NCBI GenBank assembly: GCA_947627985.1
Contig: CANQYD010000003.1
Location: forward strand, 24,108 to 88,107
Direction of reading: 5' to 3'
Source: an uncultured Clostridia bacterium
GTDB taxonomy: Bacteria; Bacillota; Clostridia; Oscillospirales; Ruminococcaceae
Length of the DNA stretch: 64,000 nt
Numbering within the stretch: position 1 is the first letter of the stretch; each line of letters begins with the position of its first letter. Under the pieces are notes generated by a model that saw only the letters and a list, made by a program, of their open reading frames with translations, did not search any database and was not told where the DNA came from. The translations under genes and the position numbers were made by a program. Below, piece after piece: positions 1-7,549 of this stretch.

Positions 1-89
1 TATCGGGAGTTGGTGGGGTGCGGGAGGTTGGGGACAGGGCTTGGTGCCGCTGCCGTACTGCGGCAGGAGGAGAAGGGATAAGATAAGAA

Positions 90-124
90 TCTGACTTCCG
101 GTTTCTAATCTCTGTCCTCTGTGC
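90..124 (+). repeat. CT-rich heptamer array (5 phased units)
   Basis: TCTGACT TCCGGTT TCTAATC TCTGTCC TCTGTGC read directly. Confidence 0.8.
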
Positions 125-140
125 GACCGACGGGAGCACC

Positions 141-222
141 GGGCGAAGCCCCGGCGCCGAAGGCGCCGCTGCCTCCGCTTCGCGGAGGCAGGAGCCGTGC
201 TTCGCACGGCTGGGCTTCGCCC
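141..222 (+). repeat. Clamped triple-hairpin module
   Basis: GGGCGAAGCCC (141-151) and its reverse complement GGGCTTCGCCC (212-222) bracket GGCGCC-GAA-GGCGCC, CTGCCTCCGC-TTC-GCGGAGGCAG, AGCCGTGC-TTC-GCACGGCT. Confidence 0.85.
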
Positions 223-374
223 ATGACTTCTGCTTCTGCTTTTCCCTGTAAGAAGTACCCGACCTTGTTACTGGGCTTGTGGTTCTGTCGGGAGTTGGTG
301 GGGTGCGGGAGGTTGGGGACAGGGATTGGTGCCGCTGCCGTACTGCGGTAGGAGGAGAAGGGATAAGATAAGAA

Positions 375-409
375 TCTGCCCTCTGACTTCTAACCTCTAT
401 CCTCTGTGC
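375..409 (+). repeat. CT-rich heptamer array (5 phased units)
   Basis: TCTGCCC TCTGACT TCTAACC TCTATCC TCTGTGC. Confidence 0.8.
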
Positions 410-531
410 GACCAGCGGGAGCACCGGGCGAAGCCCCGGCCTTCCCCCGCCCTCCAAAAAATCAGCACCCCGCCCCTCAAAATCGCCCACTTTCCACCCC
501 AAAATTCCCCCTGATTTATCTATTATGACGA

Positions 532-561
532 TTGACAATCCTCTTTCCGATGTGGTATAAT
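532..561 (+). promoter_or_regulatory. Sigma-70/SigA-type promoter of the Ile T-box operon
   Basis: TTGACA 532-537, 18-nt spacer with TG at 553-554, TATAAT 556-561. Confidence 0.75.
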
Positions 562-592
562 GCATAACAATCAACAAAATACCGTCGCCAAA

Positions 593-839
593 GGCTATGA
601 CAAAGACGGGACGCCGGAAAAATCGCCTCGAAGAGAGCGGAAGATTGCTGGGACTTCCGCAGGCGCTCGGCAGTCCGGATCACTTTCGAGCCGGAGCTCC
701 GAAATATTAAGGGCTCTCGCGTCCGCGCGTTACAGCGGAAGGCTTTTTATGAGCCGTTAAGAGGCAGGCTTTTTGTCTGCAATTTGAGTGGTACCGCGGG
801 ATATTCTCGTCTCAAAGAAATTCTTTGGGGCGATTTTTT
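593..839 (+). promoter_or_regulatory. T-box riboswitch leader, specifier read as AUC (Ile)
   Basis: K-turn 5' half GGCUAUGACAAAG (593-605) pairs with CUUUCGAGCC (683-692). AGAGAG bulge and distal hairpin present. T-box AATTTGAGTGGTACCGCGG at 781-799. Terminator hairpin plus T-run at 807-839. ATC-A at 679-682 sits in the specifier position. Confidence 0.85.
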
Positions 840-883
840 ATTATCTGCCCCGATCACTTCTAAAGCGTAAGGAGAAGAAGCAC

Positions 884-3157
884 ATGAGCAATCAGTCAGT
901 CAACCAGTTAGTCGAAGTCGCCGAGAGAATCCGCGAAATGCGCGAGATCATGGGCTGGACGACAGCCGAAATGGCGGAAAAGACCGAGGTCGCGGAGGAG
1001 GATTATCTTAAGTATGAGAGCGGTCAGGCAGACCTGCCGTTCACATTCATACATAAGTGCGCCCTCGCTTTTGAAATCGACCTCACCGACCTTCTGGAAG
1101 GTCGTTCGGCGGCAAGGCTTTCAAGCTACACCCTCACAAGAAAGGGTCAGGGTCAGGTCACGGCGCATGAAAAGGGCATCGATATCGCCAACTTAGCCCC
1201 CAAATTCCGCGATAAGATCGCCGAGCCGTATTGGGTAAAGTACGACTACATCGAGGCGCAGCAGAATGTCCCGATCCACCTCACCAAGCACTCCGGACAG
1301 GAATTCGACCTCATCATCTCCGGCAGCCTCAAGGTTCAGGTCGGCAGCCATATCGAGATTCTGAACGAGGGCGACTCAATCTACTACAACTCCTCCACAC
1401 CTCACGGAATGATCGCCGTCAACGGTCGCGACTGCGTGTTCGTAGCGGTCGTACTGCCGGGCGAGGACGACACCGAGGAGACCGCAAGGACCTCCCTGAT
1501 TCAGGCTAACCGTCCCAAGAAGGACACCCTCTTAGCCGAGCGCTTTGTCGATTTTATCGAAGATGAAAACGGCAAGCTCATCGACATGAAATTCCACGAC
1601 ACCGATACCTTCAACTTCGGCTTCGACTGCGTTGACGCGATCGCCGATAAATATCCCGATAAGCTCGCGATGATCCACGTCGACAAGCACAAGGTCGAGC
1701 GCCGGTTCACGTTTAAAGATATCAAACGCGCCTCAAATCAGACCGCCAATTACCTGCGTTCGCTCGGAATAAAGCGGGGCGACAAGGTCATGCTGGTCTT
1801 AAAAAGACATTATCAGTTCTGGTTCGCAATGGTGGCGCTGCATAAACTCGGCGCGATCGCGATCCCCGCGACAAATCAGCTCAAGCAGCACGATTTTGAA
1901 TACCGCTACGACAGAGCGGGCGTCTCGGCGATCCTCTGCACCGCCGACGGCGACGTCGCCGAAATTGCCGAAAAGGCGGCGGAAAATTGCCCGACCGTCA
2001 AGACCAAAATCCTCGTGGGCGGCGCAAGAGAGGGCTGGCGCGATTTCGACAACGAATATCAGCTCTATACCGGAAAATTTGAAAGACCCGAGGACTGCTC
2101 CGCAGGTTCCGAGCCGGCGCTCATGTTCTTCACCTCCGGCACCACCGGCAATCCGAAGATGGCTCAGCATGCGCATACATACGCCCTCGGTCACTTCGTC
2201 ACCGCCAAATACTGGCACTGCTGCGAGCGGGACGGACTTCACCTGACGATATCCGACACCGGCTGGGGCAAGTCGCTTTGGGGCAAGCTCTACGGTCAAT
2301 GGCTCTGCGAGGGCGCCGTGTTTGTCTATGATTTCGATAAATTCGACGCGGCGGATATTCTCCCGATGTTTGCAAAATATAATATCACAACATTCTGCGC
2401 GCCTCCGACCATGCTCAGAATGATGATAAAGGAAGATTTATCCATCTTTGACTTAAGCTCTATCCATCACATGACCACCGCCGGAGAAGCGCTCAACCCC
2501 GAGGTCGCGAAGCAGTTCAAGCAGGCGACGGGGCTTGAGATCATGGAGGGCTTCGGTCAGACCGAGACGACGCTCGTCATCGGCAACTTATACGGCGACA
2601 CCCCGAAATACGGCTCGATGGGCAAGGCTTCGCCGCAGTACGATATCGATATTTTGGACCCCGACGGAAACCCCGTGGCGAACGGCGAGGTCGGCGAGAT
2701 ATGCATAAAGACCTCCGACGCGGTCCCGCTCGGGCTGTTTAAGGAGTATTACCTCGACGAGAGGCTCACAAAAGAGGCTTGGCACGACGGATACTATCAC
2801 ACCGGCGACACCGCGTGGCGCGATGAGGACGGGTATTTCTGGTATGTTTCGAGGATCGACGACGTCATCAAGTCCTCGGGATACAGGATCGGTCCGTTTG
2901 AGATCGAGAGCGTCATCATGGAGCTGCCCTATGTGCTTGAATGCGGCGTTTCGGCTGTTCCCGACGAGATCAGGGGGCAGATAGTCAAGGCGAGCATAGT
3001 GCTCACCAAGGGTACCGTCGCCTCGGACGATCTCAAGAAGGAGATTCAGAACTACGTCAAGAGCCACACGGCGCCCTATAAATATCCGCGCGTGATCGTT
3101 TTCAGGGACGATTTGCCGAAGACGATCAGCGGGAAGATTCAGAGGAACAAACTCTGA
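884..3157 (+). CDS. Fusion protein: XRE-type HTH + cupin domain joined to AMP-forming medium/branched-chain acyl-CoA synthetase (MACS-like)
   Basis: ORF 788-3157. Start set to ATG 884 (AAGGAG upstream, after the T-box terminator). HTH (MGWTTAEMAEKTEV), cupin (HSGQEFDLIISG..HGM), then FFTSGTTGNPK, YHTGD, SSGYRIGPFEIE, PKTISGKIQR. Confidence 0.85.
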   Translation: MSNQSVNQLVEVAERIREMREIMGWTTAEMAEKTEVAEEDYLKYESGQADLPFTFIHKCALAFEIDLTDLLEGRSAARLSSYTLTRKGQGQVTAHEKGIDIANLAPKFRDKIAEPYWVKYDYIEAQQNVPIHLTKHSGQEFDLIISGSLKVQVGSHIEILNEGDSIYYNSSTPHGMIAVNGRDCVFVAVVLPGEDDTEETARTSLIQANRPKKDTLLAERFVDFIEDENGKLIDMKFHDTDTFNFGFDCVDAIADKYPDKLAMIHVDKHKVERRFTFKDIKRASNQTANYLRSLGIKRGDKVMLVLKRHYQFWFAMVALHKLGAIAIPATNQLKQHDFEYRYDRAGVSAILCTADGDVAEIAEKAAENCPTVKTKILVGGAREGWRDFDNEYQLYTGKFERPEDCSAGSEPALMFFTSGTTGNPKMAQHAHTYALGHFVTAKYWHCCERDGLHLTISDTGWGKSLWGKLYGQWLCEGAVFVYDFDKFDAADILPMFAKYNITTFCAPPTMLRMMIKEDLSIFDLSSIHHMTTAGEALNPEVAKQFKQATGLEIMEGFGQTETTLVIGNLYGDTPKYGSMGKASPQYDIDILDPDGNPVANGEVGEICIKTSDAVPLGLFKEYYLDERLTKEAWHDGYYHTGDTAWRDEDGYFWYVSRIDDVIKSSGYRIGPFEIESVIMELPYVLECGVSAVPDEIRGQIVKASIVLTKGTVASDDLKKEIQNYVKSHTAPYKYPRVIVFRDDLPKTISGKIQRNKL

Positions 3158-3740
3158 TAGAAGGCAGAATGTCAGAAGTCAGATGTCAGATTCTGCACTC
3201 AGCCTTAAACGAGACAAGTCAAAAAGGTTTTGCCCCGCTTTTCCTAAAAAAGCGGGCGGGGTCGAGGGGCAGAGCCCCTCGTCGCTCGTCGCAACGAGCG
3301 AAATCCCCAAGCAAGAGGACGGCGGAAGCCGTCGTCTTGCTTAAATCGATTCTAAGCGCAGGAGGGGGGAAATGAAAACAGTCCGGTGGACTGTTTTCAT
3401 CGGGGGAACCCTCGCCGGGGGTTCCCCCAACAAAAAACCGGCGACGAAGTCGCCCGGGAGCCGAGCGAAGCGAGGCTCATAAGCCCCTCCCCTCTCAGGG
3501 GAGGGGTTGGGGTGGGGTCAAAGCCGGAGGGGTGTGGGGAACCCTGCAAGGGTGCCCCACAGCTCGGAAAGGGGTGAGCAGAAGCTGGTTTTGTTGCCAA
3601 TCGCACTTCGCAATCAAAAACGTGGGATTGCTCGTGCTCTTGGACAAAACCCCGCAGGGGTTGTCCCCAATAGCAGCAGGCTTTTAAAAATTGAAAAGCC
3701 CAAATATCTCTCGCGCCGCTTTAAATCACTAAATCCACCT
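3158..3740 (+). repeat. Type I mosaic hairpin element (modules heptamer(rev)-E-C-B-F-A-D)
   Basis: E module 3211-3349, C 3372-3428, B 3440-3454, F 3484-3517, A 3522-3562, D 3578-3668. Each module recurs at 7.1, 12.4, 16.3(rev), 26.0 and 45.1 kb. Confidence 0.9.
3498..3517 (+). other. Canonical G-quadruplex motif
   Basis: GGGG A GGGG TT GGGG T GGGG; first two runs also pair with CCCCTCCCC at 3484-3492. Confidence 0.7.
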
Positions 3741-3812
3741 TTCCGCCCCTCCCACCTGCACCATTTTAAAACCACACCATTTTTGCCCCAACAAATCCCC
3801 CAAGGAGCCCCC

Positions 3813-4481
3813 ATGAATTCATTCAAACGCGTCTCACTTTTCGCCGGTCACTACGGCTCCGGCAAGACCAATTTGGCGGTCAACTACGCGATCGAACTGA
3901 AAAAACACTTCTACCGGGTCGTCATAGCCGACCTCGACATCGTCAACCCCTACTTCCGCACAAAGGATTCGGCTGAGCTCCTCGAAAAAGCCGGGATCGA
4001 GACCGTCTCCCCCGAGTTTGCAAACTCAAACGTCGATCTCCCGGCGCTCCCCTCGGAACTCTACGGCGTCGTCCAGAACCGCCATAGATACGCCGTTTTG
4101 GATATCGGCGGGGACGATCGCGGCGCATATGCCTTGGGGCGGTTTGCTCCCTATATTTTGGAAGAAAATGATTTTGAGATGATCTACGTCGCCAACTTCT
4201 GCCGACCGCTTACCCGCGAGCCCGAAGAGGCTTTAGAGGTCATGCGGGAGATAGAATCCGCGGGAGGCATCCCCTTTACGGCGATCGTCAACAACACAAA
4301 TCTTTCGCACCTCACCGATGAAAAAACCGTCGCCGAGGGTTATGCAAAAAGCAAAAGGCTTGCCGATATGAGCGGGCTTAAGCTTTTATTCACATCAGTC
4401 GAAAAGAGGCTTGCGGGAAATATCGACCTCGAAAACGTCTTCCCGATAGAGCTTCAGAGGAAATATTACGAAATTCTTTAA
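3813..4481 (+). CDS. P-loop NTPase (MinD/CooC-like SIMIBI class), function unknown
   Basis: ORF 3507-4481 trimmed to ATG 3813 (AAGGAG 6 nt upstream; upstream part lies in repeat). Walker A GHYGSGKTN. Confidence 0.75.
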   Translation: MNSFKRVSLFAGHYGSGKTNLAVNYAIELKKHFYRVVIADLDIVNPYFRTKDSAELLEKAGIETVSPEFANSNVDLPALPSELYGVVQNRHRYAVLDIGGDDRGAYALGRFAPYILEENDFEMIYVANFCRPLTREPEEALEVMREIESAGGIPFTAIVNNTNLSHLTDEKTVAEGYAKSKRLADMSGLKLLFTSVEKRLAGNIDLENVFPIELQRKYYEIL

Positions 4482-4494
4482 GGAGGAGAGAAAA

Positions 4495-4701
4495 ATGCCG
4501 AAGCTGACGTTCAACGTCGATCTTTGCAAGGGCTGCGGGCTTTGTGTCAGCGCATGTCCGAAAAAGCTCCTTGTGATCGCTAAGGACAAAATCAACAAAA
4601 AAGGTCATTCTCCCGCCGAGATCACCGATCAGTCACAGTGCATAGGCTGCGCGTTTTGCGCGACAATGTGCCCCGACTGCGTGATAACGGTAGAGAAGTA
4701 A
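4495..4701 (+). CDS. 2-oxoacid:ferredoxin oxidoreductase delta subunit (2x[4Fe-4S] ferredoxin)
   Basis: CKGCGLCVSACP and CIGCAFCATMCP motifs, 68 aa, first of a D-A-B-C gene order. Confidence 0.85.
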   Translation: MPKLTFNVDLCKGCGLCVSACPKKLLVIAKDKINKKGHSPAEITDQSQCIGCAFCATMCPDCVITVEK

Positions 4702-4714
4702 GGAGGTCGAAGGA

Positions 4715-5773
4715 ATGGCAAAGGTTTTAATGAAGGGCAACGAGGCTATCGCGGAAGCCGCGATAAGAGCGGGCTGCCGCCACTATTTCGGATACCCCAT
4801 CACCCCTCAGACGGAGGTTGCCGCATACATGGCGAAGAGAATGCCCAAAATAGGCGGCACTTTCCTGCAAGCCGAGAGCGAAATTTCGGCGATAAACATG
4901 GTCTACGGCGTATCGAGCGCGGGACTTCGGGTGATGACGAGCTCCTCAAGCCCCGGAGTATCTTTAAAGCAGGAGGGCATTTCCTATCTTGCCGGGTCCG
5001 ATCTTCCGGCGCTTATCGTCAACGTACAGAGAGGCGGACCGGGTCTTGGGGGAATCCAGCCCTCGCAGTCCGACTATTTCCAAGCGACCAAGGGAGGAGG
5101 ACACGGCGACTATCACCTCATCGTTTTAGCTCCCGCTTCTGTTCAGGAGATGGCTGATCTGACGGTGAAGGCGTTTGACCTTGCCGATAAGTACAGAATG
5201 CCCGCCATGCTCCTTGCCGACGGCACAATGGGACAGATGATGGAGCCCGTCGAGCTTCCCGAAGAGTGCGCGCACTCTGTAGATAAGCCCTGGGCTCTGA
5301 CGGGCACTCAGGGAAAGAGAGAGCATAACATCATAAACTCCCTCTATTTAGTGCCTGAACAGCTCGAGGAAAAGAATCTTGAAAGATATGAAAGATATAA
5401 GACAGTCGAGCGGGACGAGGTAATGTATGAGGAGTACATGCTCGATGACGCCGACGTCTGCGTAGTCGCGTTCGGGATCGCCGCAAGAGTATCCAAAAAC
5501 GCCATCACCGCGGCAAGGGCAAAGGGAATCAAAGCGGGTCTCATAAGACCCATCACCCTCTATCCCTTCCCGAAGGATATCATCAGAAAAACCGCAGAGA
5601 ATGTCAAGGGCTTTGTCTCGGTCGAGCTCTCGATGGGTCAGATGATCGACGACATCAGGCTCGCGGAAGAATGCAAAAAGCCCGTTACGCTCTGCTCAAG
5701 GGTGGGCGGAATGATCCCGTCGCCGGAAGAGGTCTTGAAGGCGATCGAAGATATGGAAGGAGGAAAATTCTGA
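4715..5773 (+). CDS. 2-oxoacid:ferredoxin oxidoreductase alpha subunit
   Basis: 352 aa, [16 protein letters not shown].. N-terminus typical of Kor/Vor/Por alpha; stop overlaps next start (TGATG). Confidence 0.85.
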   Translation: MAKVLMKGNEAIAEAAIRAGCRHYFGYPITPQTEVAAYMAKRMPKIGGTFLQAESEISAINMVYGVSSAGLRVMTSSSSPGVSLKQEGISYLAGSDLPALIVNVQRGGPGLGGIQPSQSDYFQATKGGGHGDYHLIVLAPASVQEMADLTVKAFDLADKYRMPAMLLADGTMGQMMEPVELPEECAHSVDKPWALTGTQGKREHNIINSLYLVPEQLEEKNLERYERYKTVERDEVMYEEYMLDDADVCVVAFGIAARVSKNAITAARAKGIKAGLIRPITLYPFPKDIIRKTAENVKGFVSVELSMGQMIDDIRLAEECKKPVTLCSRVGGMIPSPEEVLKAIEDMEGGKF

Positions 5774-6522
5774 TGGCTGTAGTATTCAAAAAGCCCGAGG
5801 CTCTCACCGACGCTCCTCTGCACTATTGCCCCGGCTGCACTCACGGAATAATCCACCGCCTCGTCGCCGAAGCTATCGACGATCTGGGCATTTTGGGAAG
5901 AACGGTAGGCGTGGCTCCCGTCGGCTGTGCGGTCATGGCTTATGACTATTTCTCCTGTGATATGGTCGAAGCGGCTCACGGTCGCGCGCCGGCTGTTGCC
6001 ACGGGACTTAAAAGGGCAAGACCCGAAAACATCGTCTTTACATATCAGGGCGATGGAGATCTCGCTTCCATCGGCATGGCAGAGACCGTTCATGCCGCGA
6101 CAAGGAACGAAAATATAACGGTAATATTTGTAAACAACGCTATCTACGGCATGACCGGCGGTCAAATGGCTCCTACCTCTCTTCCCGGTCAGGTGACTCA
6201 GACGTCGCCCTACGGCAGAGACGTCAAGACGGTCGGATACCCGATTAAAGTATGCGAACTGCTCTCGGCGCTCGACGCGCCCTATTATATCGAAAGAGTC
6301 GCGGTCAACAATGTCAAAAACGTCATGAACGCGAAAAAGGCGATCAGAAAGGCGTTTGAGAACCAGGTCGAGGGAAAGGGCTTCTCGCTTATCGAGGTCG
6401 TATCAAGCTGTCCCACAAACTGGGGAATGACCCCCGAAAAGGCTCTTAAATGGGTGGAGACGGACATGATCCCCTACTATCCTTTGGGAGTTTACCGCGA
6501 TAAATCAAAGGAGGCTGAGTGA
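5773..6522 (+). CDS. 2-oxoacid:ferredoxin oxidoreductase beta subunit (TPP-binding)
   Basis: ORF 5671-6522 trimmed to ATG 5773; [26 protein letters not shown] motif. Confidence 0.85.
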   Translation: MAVVFKKPEALTDAPLHYCPGCTHGIIHRLVAEAIDDLGILGRTVGVAPVGCAVMAYDYFSCDMVEAAHGRAPAVATGLKRARPENIVFTYQGDGDLASIGMAETVHAATRNENITVIFVNNAIYGMTGGQMAPTSLPGQVTQTSPYGRDVKTVGYPIKVCELLSALDAPYYIERVAVNNVKNVMNAKKAIRKAFENQVEGKGFSLIEVVSSCPTNWGMTPEKALKWVETDMIPYYPLGVYRDKSKEAE

Positions 6523-6523
6523 T

Positions 6524-7057
6524 ATGGCTTACACGCAGATACTCATCGCCGGATTCGGCGGTCAGGGAGTGCTCTTTGCGGGGAAAGTCCTTGCGTATAA
6601 AGGTCTTGAGGAGAACAAGCAGATATCATGGCTTCCGTCATACGGACCCGAGATGAGAGGCGGCACCGCAAACTGCTCGGTAATCGTTTCGGACACCCCG
6701 GTCGGCTCGCCTATCGTCTCCGAGCCGGACATACTGATCGTCATGAATCTGCCGTCGCTTGATAAGTACGAGAATGCGGCAGTCCCCGGGGCGAAGGTGT
6801 TCATCGACTCTTTCCTCATCGAGAGAAAAATCGAGCGCACCGACATTGAAGCGCACTACATTCCGGCTACGAAGATAGCGCGGGAGATGGGTATTCCGAC
6901 GCTTGCGAACATGGTTCTTTTGGGCAAGGTCATCAAGGAGACGGGGGTAGTCTCGATGGAAGGGCTAAAGGACGCGCTTGCGAAGACGGTTTCGGCGAAG
7001 CACCCCGAGCTTTTGGAGGCGAATCTGAAGGCGATACAGGCAGGTTATGATTATTAA
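6524..7057 (+). CDS. 2-oxoacid:ferredoxin oxidoreductase gamma subunit
   Basis: 177 aa, ILIAGFGGQGVLFAGK.. typical gamma N-terminus; starts 1 nt after beta stop. Confidence 0.85.
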   Translation: MAYTQILIAGFGGQGVLFAGKVLAYKGLEENKQISWLPSYGPEMRGGTANCSVIVSDTPVGSPIVSEPDILIVMNLPSLDKYENAAVPGAKVFIDSFLIERKIERTDIEAHYIPATKIAREMGIPTLANMVLLGKVIKETGVVSMEGLKDALAKTVSAKHPELLEANLKAIQAGYDY

Positions 7058-7320
7058 AAGGTTAATTAGCGCTTGAGCTGTGTAAGAGACAAGTCAAAAA
7101 GTTCGCCAGCCTTTCAAGGCTGCGGGGTCAAGGGGCGGCGCCCCTTGTCGCGCGTCGCAACGCGCGAAATCCCAAGCAAGAGGACGGCGTGAGCCGTCGT
7201 CTTGCGCATATCGGTCAAAAGAGGGCGACGAAGTCGCCCGAAGCCGGAGGGGTGTGGGGAACCCTGCAAGGGTGCCCCACAGAGCCGAGCGAAGCGAGGC
7301 TCAAAAAGCCCCTCCCCACC

Positions 7321-7340
7321 GGGGAGGGGTTGGGGAGGGG
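7321..7340 (+). other. Canonical G-quadruplex motif
   Basis: GGGG A GGGG TT GGGG A GGGG, preceded by CCCCTCCCC-ACC (7309-7320). Confidence 0.7.
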
Positions 7341-7528
7341 AAAGCCGGAGGGGGTTTGGGGGAACCCCGCAGGGGTGCCCCCACAGCCCGGAAAGGGGTA
7401 TGGGGAAAACCCGCAGGGGTTGTCCCCAATAGCAGGAGGCATTAAAAACTGCAAAGCCCAAATATCTCTCACATCGCTTTAAAGCATTACAGCCGAGCGA
7501 AGCGAGGCTCGAAAAGCCCCTCCCCACC

Positions 7529-7549
7529 GGGGAGGGGTTGGGGAGGGGG
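7529..7549 (+). other. Canonical G-quadruplex motif
   Basis: GGGG A GGGG TT GGGG A GGGGG, preceded by CCCCTCCCC-ACC. Confidence 0.7.

Larger units (their letters stand above)
1..520 (+). repeat. Type II repeat array: two tandem ~285-bp units (first cut by window edge, second truncated after first clamp half)
   Basis: 3-92 recurs almost base for base at 288-379; GTGCGACC at 121 and 406; same unit family as 9500-9900 and 50905-51795. Confidence 0.9.

Noticed and set aside
169-211. TTCG read as cUUCGg RNA tetraloops
   Set aside because: - When the stems are paired completely, the loops are three nucleotides (TTC or GAA) closed by C-G, as in CTGCCTCCGC-TTC-GCGGAGGCAG.
- They belong to the GCGAAGC/GCTTCGC (GNA triloop) type, not UUCG tetraloops.
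141-222. Clamped modules as integron attC sites or as tRNA-like genes
   Set aside because: - There are no R''/L''..L'/R' (RYYYAAC/GTTRRRY) boxes and no intI, and the modules do not follow each gene as cassette boundaries would.
- There is no T-loop (GTTCRA), D-loop or anticodon-arm geometry, and the stems are too long and GC-uniform for tRNA.
560-760. ORF 560-760 (+), 66 aa, as a leader peptide
   Set aside because: It lies entirely within the T-box Stem I/II region, has no SD, and the region is explained by the riboswitch structure.
788-883. Annotated ORF start at 788 for the synthetase fusion
   Set aside because: Codons 1-32 would be translated from the T-box antiterminator/terminator sequence. 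ATG 884 follows the terminator and has an AAGGAG RBS.
3372-3482. Small ORF in module C with a strong SD. GCGCAGGAGGGGGGAA-ATG encodes MKTVRWTVFIGGTLAGGSPNKKPATKSPGSRAKRGS. The same start occurs in the reversed copy at 16289 and in the copy at 26198.
   Set aside because: - The ATG is one arm of the perfect palindrome ATGAAAACAGTCC..GGACTGTTTTCAT. It therefore appears on both strands and would be buried in a 13-bp stem.
- The 26198 copy has no SD.
- The frames diverge after module B, and the peptide is low-complexity.
- I kept it as unlikely but not impossible. Ribo-seq would settle it.
3578-3668. Module D (AGCTGGTTTTGT..CAATCGCACTTCGCAATCGTAAACGATTGATTGCTCG..ACAAAACC) as a known ncRNA or tRNA fragment
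   Set aside because: - I cannot match it to any family from memory.
- It has a closing stem GGTTTTGT/ACAAAACC and an internal hairpin, but the 7.6-kb copy replaces the interior entirely.
- I report it only as part of the mosaic.
7114-7527. Long ORFs inside the repeat regions on both strands. Examples are 7114-7527(-), 12214-12738(-), 12581-13027(-), 15955-17079(+), 50905-51702(-), 9479-9916(-) and 3507-3812 of the 3507 ORF.
   Set aside because: - Their translations are low-complexity Pro/Gly/Arg/Ala strings generated by GC-rich palindromes.
- They are open on both strands at once and lack RBS/start context.
- The underlying DNA shows stem-preserving substitutions rather than codon-preserving ones.
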